From a virus: a DNA stretch of 64,000 nt. The notes beneath the pieces are model-generated. The model ran no database searches. It was not told the origin of the DNA and saw only the letters and a program-made list of their open reading frames with translations. The stretch covers positions 1 to 64,000 of IMG/VR virus record IMGVR_UViG_3300031111_000010; one strand, 5' to 3'. The first letter of the stretch is position 1. The number at the start of each line of letters is the position of its first letter. The position numbers and the translations under genes are program-made. Shown piece after piece: positions 31,236-40,575 of the stretch.

Positions 31236-31236
31236 A

Positions 31237-32448
31237 TCATCCTTTCACAACTGCTAACGGCTTAAGCTCCACGGCTATATCTACAAGGTCTTTTTGATTA
31301 TCCATGACGGTAGAAATATCCTTGTATGCTCCACTTGCCTCATCAAGATCAGATACGTTTCGAATACCATGGACAATACCCTGTTCATCCAGCTTCTTAA
31401 TCTCATCCTTCAGGTTCAACTTCTCCTTGGCCTTTGATCTACTCATCAATCGACCAGAACCATGAGAACAAGACTTGAAACTTTCAGAATTACCCTTACC
31501 AACTACAATGTAGCTCTTGGTTCCCTGACTACCCGGAATGATACCATACTCATCTTCATATGCTCTGGTAGCACCCTTACGATGCACCAGCACATTCTTA
31601 CCAAAATGATTCTCCAATGCAGCATAGTTATGATGAATGTTGATATTGGTATTCTTAGCAGCAGTATCAAACTGAACATCTACATGGTTTGATATAGCTT
31701 CCATTACTCTCTGCATCATCAACTGACGATTAGCCAATGCAAAGTTACAGCAATAGTTCATTTCCTGAAAATACATCTTTCCTTCTTTGCTATCGAAAGG
31801 AAGAAAAGCTAACTGCCAACTTTTAGGAACATTAGACTGCCATTTTTCATTCAATTCAATAGCAATCTTATTATAGTGAGTAGCAACCTTATTACCCAAG
31901 TTTCTACTACCAGAATGAATCATGATCCAAATGTAGCCATCACTACCCTGCTGGATTTCAATGAAATGATTTCCACCACCCAAAGTACCAATCTGCTTCT
32001 TAGCACTATCCCATTCATCATAGATAACAGTATTATTGAAGTCAAAAAAATCAACAGGTAAATTGGGAATATTATGATCATCTTTATTATGCTTGAAACC
32101 AACAGGCACCAGCTTACGGATATCACCCATGATCTTTTTCAAGATGGTCTTATCTAAGCTACCAGCAAACAGGGAAGTTCTTAAAGCTATCATACCGCAA
32201 CCGATATCAACACCCACGGCATTAGGCACGATGTAACCCTGAGTAGCCATAACACCACCAATAGGCATACCATAACCCTGATGCATATCGGGCATACCAG
32301 CAACATGATGGAAAACAAAAGGCAACATAGATAAATGCTCCATCTGTTCAAGAGCACCAGCTTCCACTTCACCTAACCATAATTTGATAGGCACTCGATA
32401 TTCACCATGCTTATATATAACATTGAAATTATTTTTTAACTGTATCAT
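31237..32448 (-). CDS. rtcB: RNA-splicing ligase RtcB
   Basis: MPDMHQGYGMPIG, VGVDIGCG, GTLGGGNHFIE, HSGSR, HHNY, HRKGA, IIPGS, HGSGR. Confidence 0.97.
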   Translation of the reverse strand: MIQLKNNFNVIYKHGEYRVPIKLWLGEVEAGALEQMEHLSMLPFVFHHVAGMPDMHQGYGMPIGGVMATQGYIVPNAVGVDIGCGMIALRTSLFAGSLDKTILKKIMGDIRKLVPVGFKHNKDDHNIPNLPVDFFDFNNTVIYDEWDSAKKQIGTLGGGNHFIEIQQGSDGYIWIMIHSGSRNLGNKVATHYNKIAIELNEKWQSNVPKSWQLAFLPFDSKEGKMYFQEMNYCCNFALANRQLMMQRVMEAISNHVDVQFDTAAKNTNINIHHNYAALENHFGKNVLVHRKGATRAYEDEYGIIPGSQGTKSYIVVGKGNSESFKSCSHGSGRLMSRSKAKEKLNLKDEIKKLDEQGIVHGIRNVSDLDEASGAYKDISTVMDNQKDLVDIAVELKPLAVVKG

Positions 32449-33220
32449 TTTTCATTTCCTCAATAGTTTTTTCTATTGCTTCTCTGGTATTATCCTTTCC
32501 ATCCGAATTTTTATGATGGAGCATTCTCTCTCCTACACAAATAGGACAAAAAGGAGTCCCATATTTTTGATTGTGTTTTTTACAATAGTTCACTATAACA
32601 CACTCCTATAAAAAAAGAAACCTATTTTTTTAAATAGAATCCCAAGGTGTTTCACAGTTCCAGCATCGATTATTATTGCAGAATAGTTCCTGCTCAGTCA
32701 CAGAAGCACCACAAGCAGTACATTCCATTTCCTCATCAATCTCATCCAGAAAATCCTTGAGATCATCAGCAGTATCAAAGGCATAGAAGTTACCATTGGG
32801 ATTCTCTACCAGTTTATCATTGATAATAAAACCTTTGCGTACCATTATTTCCATCCTTTCTTTCTGGCTATTTCCAGAAACCATTCACCAGCAACAGCAG
32901 CAAGATATCCAATAAAACACATTACAAACATGAAACCCAAAACCTTTAACAATGCCATGATAACTCCTTTAGATATAGGGTTTAATACTCCAAAGAAATT
33001 TTTTAGCAATCTCAATCATTTCTTCTCGCAGTTCAGGATGATCCTTGAATGCTTTGATTGCAGCTTTCTGATATTTATAACCAAGCTGATATTCAGTACC
33101 ATGATCACAGGCAAAATGATAGGATGCTTGGTAACCGTCTTTTGCAAATTGTTCTAAAATCTCGTTCATTTCTAATCCTTTTAGTTAGTTATTATCGCCA
33201 AGGGGGTTTACCCCCTTGAG

Positions 33221-33721
33221 TTAATCCCAATGGTTTTCGTAGTATTCACCACCATGAGAGAAGGTGAAATAACCCTTGCGATAGCTGCACTGTTCTTTTT
33301 TATTACCCTGCACGATGAAAGGATAAGAACCAATAAATGAAGTACCACTACCGAAATTTCTTACATGTAACCGGAACTCAGGACCAACAACCCTATTACC
33401 AGCTTTGGCTTTACCATTTCCACCAAATTCTTGACCATTGGTGATCGTTTCAACCATCCGACACTTGACGGTTTTACCAGTAGGAGAAACATCAATGATC
33501 TTGGCAAAATTATTAATGGTCATATTATAACCATATGAAGCATGAAGTTTTTTGCCTACCCATTCATGTTTCTTAACAGATTTCTTGACAGCTTTCTTGA
33601 TCTTACGGGTTTTCTTTTCTACCTTTTGAAATTCAGGCACTTCATCATCTCTCAAAGTAGTCAGACTGTTGATTCCTCTTGCCCTCAGAATTGCCATGTC
33701 TTTTTCGGTCAATCGGCTCAT
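33221..33721 (-). CDS. hypothetical protein
   Basis: sigma70-like promoter (TTGACA-N17-TAATAT), AAAGGA RBS, downstream hairpin. Confidence 0.6.
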   Translation of the reverse strand: MSRLTEKDMAILRARGINSLTTLRDDEVPEFQKVEKKTRKIKKAVKKSVKKHEWVGKKLHASYGYNMTINNFAKIIDVSPTGKTVKCRMVETITNGQEFGGNGKAKAGNRVVGPEFRLHVRNFGSGTSFIGSYPFIVQGNKKEQCSYRKGYFTFSHGGEYYENHWD

Positions 33722-34092
33722 TTTAAGTCCTTTCGTTGAGTGTTTCTTTTATATTATATGATGTGATTTACCCTGTCAAGTCTTTTTTTCGCCATGGGGC
33801 AAAGCCCCATATTTTATTTTTTGAGATACCGTTTCATAGCTGCCATGGCCTTTGCCTTTGTATCATAACCATGCATATTGTTCAATCTGCTGTTGAATCC
33901 TGCGTGACCAAAAGTAATAAACCATCTTTTGGTTTCAGGAAGCATGGCAACCGCATTTTCACAGTTAGCATCCCGGCAAAAACCAGTTTCGTAACAAGAT
34001 TTGGCAGAAAAAAGAATGTTGTTAAGGGATTCTTGAATCGGAATGCTCATTGTTTTGTCCTTTCGGTTTGGTTTGAAGTTACTCATATATAT

Positions 34093-34294
34093 TGCAGTTG
34101 CTGTGCCAAGATTGTAATTTTTTTTATATAGTTATTTCAGTCACTTGAAAAATTAGTATTTTTGATTGGGTAAAAAACATGACAAAAATTGTCAAACTTA
34201 TGACAAAAATTGTCCAGATAGTTATATACTTTACTCCGGTAAATTTGTAAGTACTTGATATTATTACAAGTGAAAAGTTGGCACAGGGTCTGCA
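34093..34294. promoter_or_regulatory. divergent sigma54 promoter pair with shared tandem palindromic enhancer and IHF site
   Basis: TGGCAC-N5-CTGCA at 34093-34108(-) and 34279-34294(+); TGACAAAAATTGTC[AC] at 34180 and 34201; TATCAAGTACTTA at 34248-34260(-). Confidence 0.7.
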
Positions 34295-34306
34295 TATAAG
34301 TATGGC

Positions 34307-34540
34307 ATGAAAACACAAGATATAGAAAAGCTGACTATTCCTAAACAGTATGCTCAAATTGAAGATAAGACTTTTGAGATGCTTGAAGATGAATTGATGG
34401 ATGTATATAATAGGTATCCAGATTATAATGATCCTGAATATGGTGGCAAGGGTTTCAATGCAATGGTTGATCTTTTTGCTTCTGATGATTTTTACCATGA
34501 ACATTATGTAGCTAAAGAATATCTTAAACTGAAAGGATAA
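34307..34540 (+). CDS. acidic hypothetical protein
   Basis: ORF directly downstream of sigma54 element. Confidence 0.55.
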   Translation: MKTQDIEKLTIPKQYAQIEDKTFEMLEDELMDVYNRYPDYNDPEYGGKGFNAMVDLFASDDFYHEHYVAKEYLKLKG

Positions 34541-34543
34541 AAA

Positions 34544-34771
34544 ATGGATATCATCGAAAAGATCATGAAAGAGCAGATGGGTTTTATTGTAGATGATAAT
34601 CAGCTTCTTCAGATTATCGCCATTGACCCTAATTATGAAATTCTGATTCGGGCAAATCTTTATCGTATAGTTGTACCTGCTTATAAAGTGGTGGAGAAGA
34701 TAAAGAAAATCAATGATGAAAAAAATAATCATGTTCGTGATATTTCTATTGGTTTTACCCGTATCGGTTAA
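34544..34771 (+). CDS. hypothetical protein
   Basis: AAAGGA RBS. Confidence 0.5.
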   Translation: MDIIEKIMKEQMGFIVDDNQLLQIIAIDPNYEILIRANLYRIVVPAYKVVEKIKKINDEKNNHVRDISIGFTRIG

Positions 34772-34840
34772 AAAAGTTCTTGACAGGGAACATATTGTTT
34801 GATATGTTCCCTTCATAACCTCAAAAAAGGAGTGTGTAAC

Positions 34841-35758
34841 ATGACGTTTTTTCAAGCAATCGAAACTAAAGATGTAAACGTGGCTATGGAAGCAGGTAAC
34901 CATAACTTTGAAGCTATCAAAGAAGATTTGTTTACTGCTGATGGTCTTCGTATTCCCGATCATGTTGCTGTTCTCAATCAAAACACTGGTGATTATTTGG
35001 GTACAGTTGGCAGGGGTTACGAACCAGTTCAACCGGAAACATTCTATGAGTTAGCTGATGAGTTCATCGAATCAACTGATGCAATGATTGATGGTGTTCT
35101 CAATTTCAGGAATGGATCAACTATGGGTCTGTCCTTTCATATCGCAGATCGTGAGTATATCGCTGGTGATCCGATTTCACTCCGGTTCATGATGGTCAAT
35201 GGTTTTGATGGTTGGCAGGGTCTGAATGGTTTTGCTCCTACCAATCGGATAGCTTGTCTGAATGTATGTAATTCATCCAATCGTGTCTATAACCTGAAGC
35301 ATACCAAAAATGTTCTCAATCGTGTTCAGGTTGTCAAGAACATGCTCAAGTATTATCAGAATGAGATTGCATCATTTGATGATAAGATGAATTATCTTGT
35401 TGGACATCGTATGAATGAAGCAGAGGCTGTCAAGTGGTTTCGTTCTCTGTTTCCGAAACCTACTTCCCGTAGGTCTGAAACCATACTGGATAACAAGGTT
35501 GCGGTTTTTGTTGATTGTCTATTGCATGGTAGGGGTTCTGAAATTGCTGGTGTTCGTGGAACGTCTTACGGTGCTTTTCAGGCACTTACTGAGTATATCA
35601 ACCACCACCGTTCAGTTCGGGTAACAGAAGGTAGAGAAGAAGATGAAGTCCGTTTTGAAGCTATCCATTTTGGTACTGGTAACTCTCTTACTCAGCGTGG
35701 ATTGACTTCTCTTACCACTGGTTTCGGTTTTACTGCTGACGAATTTCGTATCGATTAA
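34841..35758 (+). CDS. DUF932/DUF945 family protein
   Basis: YLGTVGRGYEPVQ, NGFDG, TNRIACLN, KHT, GTSYGAFQALTEYINH; AGGAG RBS; TTGACA-N17-TATGTT promoter. Confidence 0.88.
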   Translation: MTFFQAIETKDVNVAMEAGNHNFEAIKEDLFTADGLRIPDHVAVLNQNTGDYLGTVGRGYEPVQPETFYELADEFIESTDAMIDGVLNFRNGSTMGLSFHIADREYIAGDPISLRFMMVNGFDGWQGLNGFAPTNRIACLNVCNSSNRVYNLKHTKNVLNRVQVVKNMLKYYQNEIASFDDKMNYLVGHRMNEAEAVKWFRSLFPKPTSRRSETILDNKVAVFVDCLLHGRGSEIAGVRGTSYGAFQALTEYINHHRSVRVTEGREEDEVRFEAIHFGTGNSLTQRGLTSLTTGFGFTADEFRID

Positions 35759-35862
35759 AAATACTGTCAAGGGGAATTTTTTCTAAAGTTTCCCTTGACA
35801 GTGGCGATAAGATATAGTAAGAACATAATCATTAATTGAAACTTTAATTGAAAGGATATAAG

Positions 35863-36012
35863 ATGAATTCATTTCTTGAAGGACCGCATTCTGATGAATT
35901 GGAGAATCTTAAAGAAGATGTTGATTTTGAGATTTTTGATCTTGAAGAATTCGATACTTGCATGAAAGAAGGAGTTGAGGATCGTGGTATGGAGGATGAT
36001 GTACCATTTTAA
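35863..36012 (+). CDS. 49-aa acidic peptide ending in DDVPF (SSB C-terminus-like)
   Basis: MNSFLEGPHSDELENLKEDVDFEIFDLEEFDTCMKEGVEDRGMEDDVPF*; AAAGGA RBS, upstream TTGACA, downstream terminator. Confidence 0.7.
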   Translation: MNSFLEGPHSDELENLKEDVDFEIFDLEEFDTCMKEGVEDRGMEDDVPF

Positions 36013-36028
36013 ATGGGTGTGCTCTGTT

Positions 36029-36064
36029 AAGAAGGGATGGTAGTTTTCTACCATCCCTTCTTTT
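36029..36064. terminator. bidirectional intrinsic terminator
   Basis: AAGAAGGGATGGTAG-TTTT-CTACCATCCCTTCTT perfect inverted repeat between convergent genes. Confidence 0.8.
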
Positions 36065-37112
36065 ATTGGGTATATTGAGTAACCGTATCAGCAACTTTAT
36101 TGGATACTTTACTGCTTATTCTTTTCACTGTCGGTATAACTTCACGAACTTCTTTTTCCCTTGCATTATCTCTTGCTTTGGCATTTGCAACACTATTAGT
36201 ATCGACGTTGATAATAGTACCATACTGAATGGTTCCTGCATATAATGGACTTAAATCTTGGAATGTCAATTGTAAATTACAGCTACTTGGATATCCTTTT
36301 ATATAAGGAGAATTCCATGTTGGTTGAACAGCTATAAGAGCACATGTTCGATAGTCTATAAATGGCACTGGAAATGTTGATACTTCAAACATATAAGGAA
36401 AATCAATAGTAACACCACCTTCATTAATTAAATCAGGAGATGAGTATTTCATTAATGCTTGGATAGGTTCAATCAATTGTTTTTCTGGATGATTATCATT
36501 ATTTCTCATTTCATTAAACAATACAAATTCAAGAATCAATTGTCTTCTATCTGAATTAGCATAATACATTGGTGTATCTATTTTCCATTTTTGTATACTA
36601 TGTCCCGGCATAGCTGCAAGTGCCTTCTGTGCCAAACCTTCTACTGTAATAGACTCTTTTGCTCTTTTAGGAGAAGATGTTGATTTATCTTTAGCACTAT
36701 CTGAAAGATATTGTTGTTCAACTTCTTTTAGTTTAGCACCAATATAATTTCCTATTGCATTTGATCCTGATTTTAATTCATTGGTTAATTTGACAAGTGA
36801 TCTTGCTTTCTGAGCTAATCTTGATGCTACTGATTCATATGCTTCCCAATGATGAACAACATTCTCATTTAAAGATAATGGTGCGAGAAATTCAAATGTA
36901 ACATTAGTATCAGCCGTTGAGATTGGAGCATCAGCACCTTTACTATATTGATCAAGTATTTTCTTAGGTCGCATTCTAATCCATACAGAACCACTTCTGC
37001 TTTCTTCTCCTTTTGACCATGGAGAAATACCAAAAGGTCTTCTATATAGTTTTACGTCCTGTGATTCTTTATCTCTTGTTGATCTTGGTCCTTTTCTATG
37101 TGTTGTTGCCAT
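36063..37112 (-). CDS. baseplate tail-tube cap, T4 gp48-like
   Basis: RRQLILEF...FPYMFEV...CALIAVQ...GYPSSCNLQLTFQDL; follows tape measure. Confidence 0.6.
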   Translation of the reverse strand: MATTHRKGPRSTRDKESQDVKLYRRPFGISPWSKGEESRSGSVWIRMRPKKILDQYSKGADAPISTADTNVTFEFLAPLSLNENVVHHWEAYESVASRLAQKARSLVKLTNELKSGSNAIGNYIGAKLKEVEQQYLSDSAKDKSTSSPKRAKESITVEGLAQKALAAMPGHSIQKWKIDTPMYYANSDRRQLILEFVLFNEMRNNDNHPEKQLIEPIQALMKYSSPDLINEGGVTIDFPYMFEVSTFPVPFIDYRTCALIAVQPTWNSPYIKGYPSSCNLQLTFQDLSPLYAGTIQYGTIINVDTNSVANAKARDNAREKEVREVIPTVKRISSKVSNKVADTVTQYTQ

Positions 37113-38704
37113 TAGAATCCTTGTGAGTTAAGTGTATTTATTGCTAAACCAAAATTATCTATTTCATCAGGAACTTGTTTAACATCTCCTTGTCCACCAT
37201 TACTTCTTAGTCCTGAGAACCAGTTACCAACTCCCCTTCTTAATTGTGCTGCATATGTTCCTTCTTGTATTCTTTTCATTGCTTCTTGGTTTTCTTTATG
37301 CCATTGTTCTTCTCTTTTTGCTTCTTCTTCTTTCTCTTTTACTCTTGATTCAACACCAGCTACATCAACCCCTCTTGCTATCTCTGCTGCTTTTAATGAT
37401 CTTGCATTTTCTAATGTTGATTTTTTTGTTGGATGATTTGTAAGCATCATATCCATTTTCATACCACGAATATTATTAGCCAATTCTTTACCTACCATTG
37501 GAATAGAACTAGCAGCATTAGCAGCATTTTCAATCATACCATTTATTAGACCCGTAAAAAAATTACTCAATTTTATTCCAAAATTTACGATATCATTTAT
37601 AAACTGACCAGTAAGAAAGTAATCCCATCCTGCTTTCATTGCTTTCATCCACTCATCCAGTTTGGCTTGTACATCCATTTCCTCACCAAACATTTTCATA
37701 GCAAGATTCATTGTATTTAAGAATAATGAAAGTGGAAGTTCAATCCAATCATCTAAAGCTGCCCAAAGACCTTCTCTTACCTTATCCCATTTAGTACCTA
37801 CTGTTTTCTCATATGCTTCCATAAAATCCAATACATCTAATAAAATAGCTATTGGAAGAAGTAATCTTTTTATTCCTAATTTTAACAATCCCATTGATTT
37901 TTTTAAATAAGGAATATCATCTATCCACTTTAGCCACTTTGATTTTCTCAACATTGCTAATCCTTCACCAAGTTTCTTAAATTTAGGACTCATAGAAATC
38001 AATCCACCAAGACCCATTAAAGTAGCAAGTCTATCACCCAAGTATCCCGCCAATCCTTTTATTATACCTGCTAATATCAGACCCAATAAAGTAGCCATAC
38101 CTATATCTTTAGCTGTAACTTTCTTATTGAGAAAATCCATCTTGAATCGTTTCATTTGTAAAGCAAGCATTTTTCTTAAAAGTTTTACTTGAGTACCCGC
38201 CCATTTAGGTGTTTTTTGAAACAGGAATTCCCATGCTCCTTTGGTTGCTGATACAATAGAATCTTTCATAGAACCTAACAAAGCAAACCATTCTGATTCC
38301 TCACCGAATAAACTGAGAAAATGAGATTTTAATTCTTGGAAGAATCGAGTAAAGTGTTGAGCGACATTCATTACCATGTTCTTTGTTTTACCAAGAACAC
38401 CAAAACTCATTTTGTTTGCCAATCTAAATGTTGCTTCGGTCATGTCTAATACTTTACCCCATGCACCTTCACGTTTCTTTATAAATCTACCATTTTCATC
38501 TCTGGCTCTTTCTGTAAATGCTCTTTGTCTTTTCTGTTGTTCTTCTTGTTCATCAGTAATTTTCAACCATTTGTCAAGCATCTCACGTTCTTTCTCGCTC
38601 ATTGCTTTGACTTGTGCTGAACTACCAACATACATTTTTAAAATGTTTACTGCTTCAGAAACAGTCTTATTAAGAGATTTTAATTCTTGATCTGTAGTTG
38701 CCAT
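37112..38704 (-). CDS. tape measure-like protein
   Basis: helical, hydrophobic central segments; located between chaperone and gp48-like genes. Confidence 0.6.
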   Translation of the reverse strand: MATTDQELKSLNKTVSEAVNILKMYVGSSAQVKAMSEKEREMLDKWLKITDEQEEQQKRQRAFTERARDENGRFIKKREGAWGKVLDMTEATFRLANKMSFGVLGKTKNMVMNVAQHFTRFFQELKSHFLSLFGEESEWFALLGSMKDSIVSATKGAWEFLFQKTPKWAGTQVKLLRKMLALQMKRFKMDFLNKKVTAKDIGMATLLGLILAGIIKGLAGYLGDRLATLMGLGGLISMSPKFKKLGEGLAMLRKSKWLKWIDDIPYLKKSMGLLKLGIKRLLLPIAILLDVLDFMEAYEKTVGTKWDKVREGLWAALDDWIELPLSLFLNTMNLAMKMFGEEMDVQAKLDEWMKAMKAGWDYFLTGQFINDIVNFGIKLSNFFTGLINGMIENAANAASSIPMVGKELANNIRGMKMDMMLTNHPTKKSTLENARSLKAAEIARGVDVAGVESRVKEKEEEAKREEQWHKENQEAMKRIQEGTYAAQLRRGVGNWFSGLRSNGGQGDVKQVPDEIDNFGLAINTLNSQGF

Positions 38705-38706
38705 TA

Positions 38707-38892
38707 TTATTTATCCATTGCTTTTTTCTCTGCTTCTAAATCCTTGATTAATATATTCACATAAATATCTTTTTCAAATTCTGCCATTCTGTTTGTTTCA
38801 GATACTGGCATATTACATTTTTTAGCAAGAATATATTGTTGTTCAATTATATCCTGAAAATTACCCCACAAATTAATTAACCAAAAAAATTT
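38707..38892 (-). CDS. gp51-like short baseplate assembly segment, probably reached by -1 frameshift
   Basis: -1 frame open from the T7 run: FWLINLWGNFQDIIEQQYILAKKCNMPVSETNRMAEFEKDIYVNILIKDLEAEKKAMDK*. Confidence 0.6.
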   Translation of the reverse strand, partial: KFFWLINLWGNFQDIIEQQYILAKKCNMPVSETNRMAEFEKDIYVNILIKDLEAEKKAMDK

Positions 38893-39629
38893 TGCTGAAT
38901 TGGTATATCACTTACTTCTTCATATTGACAATGTTGGCATTTTACCTTCTGTTCTAATTTCCATCCAAAAGTCATATTATCTACTTCTTTTCTTATAGCT
39001 TCCATTCCTGCCAGTGGAATGTTCTCTATGAAATACATTCTATCTTTGATATCAATATCACTATCCAATCCAGATGGTGTTTCGATTTTATCTATTGCAC
39101 ATGCATGAAACATAACCTGAAAGATATATGCTTTCTGAGTATCACTGAGACTTTTTGGGAAGTATTTTGGTTTCATATCTTCTTTCTGGTGTTTTCTTTT
39201 TATATGTCTCAGATGCACTTTTATCTGACCAAGTTCTACAATATGATTTTCTTCACTATCTAAATTTGTTAATTCCAATTCATCCAGATTTACTCTGTTC
39301 AATGATTGAGATTTACATTTAGGACAATCAAATTTAAACTCAAGTACTTCTCCTTTTGTCTTCTTACGAATTTCCATCAATAAGAACATTTTATCATATA
39401 GATAAAGATCATCCATATTGAACCCTTCAGATGAAACACTTGATGATATCAAATCATCAAGTGCCTGTTCTTGTACTACATAATTTGTTTCATTCTCATA
39501 AGTGAGAAGTCTTTTAATTTGACCCGTTGTTAATGGTTTGAATTTAACTACTTTTTTACTTCCCGGTAATTGACATTCAAACTCATATACATTTACATAA
39601 TCTAAAAAATTCGGTTTGTTATCTGACAT
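38877..39629 (-). CDS. baseplate hub assembly chaperone, T4 gp26-like
   Basis: LPGSKKVVKFKPLT...IRKKTKGE...CPKC...CQHC...NFFG. Confidence 0.75.
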   Translation of the reverse strand: MSDNKPNFLDYVNVYEFECQLPGSKKVVKFKPLTTGQIKRLLTYENETNYVVQEQALDDLISSSVSSEGFNMDDLYLYDKMFLLMEIRKKTKGEVLEFKFDCPKCKSQSLNRVNLDELELTNLDSEENHIVELGQIKVHLRHIKRKHQKEDMKPKYFPKSLSDTQKAYIFQVMFHACAIDKIETPSGLDSDIDIKDRMYFIENIPLAGMEAIRKEVDNMTFGWKLEQKVKCQHCQYEEVSDIPIQQNFFG

Positions 39630-39650
39630 ATTTTCTCCTTTTCTACAGTT

Positions 39651-39658
39651 TATTTATA
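39651..39658 (-). promoter_or_regulatory. T4-type late promoter
   Basis: TATAAATA on minus strand. Confidence 0.7.
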
Positions 39659-39660
39659 TA

Positions 39661-40203
39661 TTAACCACCAGTTTCAGTGAAACTTGTTTCATGGTAGCTG
39701 TAAGTAAATGTTACATCAAACTGAGCGATTTCAGTGGTAGAGTAGTCCATTTGAATTTGTGCTACTTCTTTAGGCCATGCATCGTGAATTGTGAACTCAA
39801 GAATGACTTGACCTTCATAACCAATCATCTGTAATCTCTGGTCTGCCATAAACACATCATGAGTACTATAGAAGTTAGTCACTGGATCATGGCATAGATT
39901 TGACCATTCCTCAAATGTTTGTCTAATCTTAGCGTCTTTATCCACATTGAAAGTAATAACAACATCTGTATAGGTATGTTTACCCGGAAACTTCCAATCG
40001 AATCCTTGCCAGTTTAGAACCACTTCTTCAAGAGCAGTTGATGGCATCTGAGCAGTCTTTACTAAATAAATAGCATCCTCTTGACTAACACTCGCACCAA
40101 GACCTCCCGGCCATTGTGGTTGGTAGTAGAACAGGCTTGACTTTGCTCCATCTCCGAATCTTGCTTTAAATGCTTCTATATTAAATGATCTTACATCAGG
40201 CAT
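39661..40203 (-). CDS. tail tube protein, T4 gp19-like
   Basis: KTAQMPS...FPGKHTYTDVVITF...FEEW...AWPKEVAQIQMDY...FDVTFTYSY. Confidence 0.9.
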   Translation of the reverse strand: MPDVRSFNIEAFKARFGDGAKSSLFYYQPQWPGGLGASVSQEDAIYLVKTAQMPSTALEEVVLNWQGFDWKFPGKHTYTDVVITFNVDKDAKIRQTFEEWSNLCHDPVTNFYSTHDVFMADQRLQMIGYEGQVILEFTIHDAWPKEVAQIQMDYSTTEIAQFDVTFTYSYHETSFTETGG

Positions 40204-40215
40204 TTTCTTATCTCC

Positions 40216-40536
40216 TTATTTCTTCATTTTTAATTTTTTTAAGGCTTTTTCTAAATCAGGTATTACTTTGGTTTTGAAAGTTTTTAGACTTTGCAATGCA
40301 CCATCATAATTTTCATAACCAATCATTCTTTGAATATCTTTAGGCCAACCAACTAATACTTGAACAAGTCCAAATGCCTCTTTATCTTTTATACCTTTAC
40401 CAGCAGTATAATCTTCTTCCATAGGCATATCTTTTTTGCCTTTTCTTTTTTTCTTTTTCATTCCAGTACCATCTTTGCTTCCAGCACCAGAACCATCACA
40501 CTTCTCATCCATATATTGTAAAAATCTACTCATCAT
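40216..40536 (-). CDS. basic putative internal protein
   Basis: MSRFLQYMDE tag; inserted between sheath and tube. Confidence 0.5.
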   Translation of the reverse strand: MMSRFLQYMDEKCDGSGAGSKDGTGMKKKKRKGKKDMPMEEDYTAGKGIKDKEAFGLVQVLVGWPKDIQRMIGYENYDGALQSLKTFKTKVIPDLEKALKKLKMKK

Positions 40537-40575
40537 TTTCTCCTGTTATAAGGGGGGTAAACCCCCCCCATTATT

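Noticed and set aside
34544-34771. MDIIEKIMKE as another capsid-targeting-like tag
   Set aside because: Lacks the conserved Tyr and is not under a late promoter.
34124-35032. 302-aa minus-strand ORF
   Set aside because: Antisense shadow of three plus-strand genes and a promoter region.
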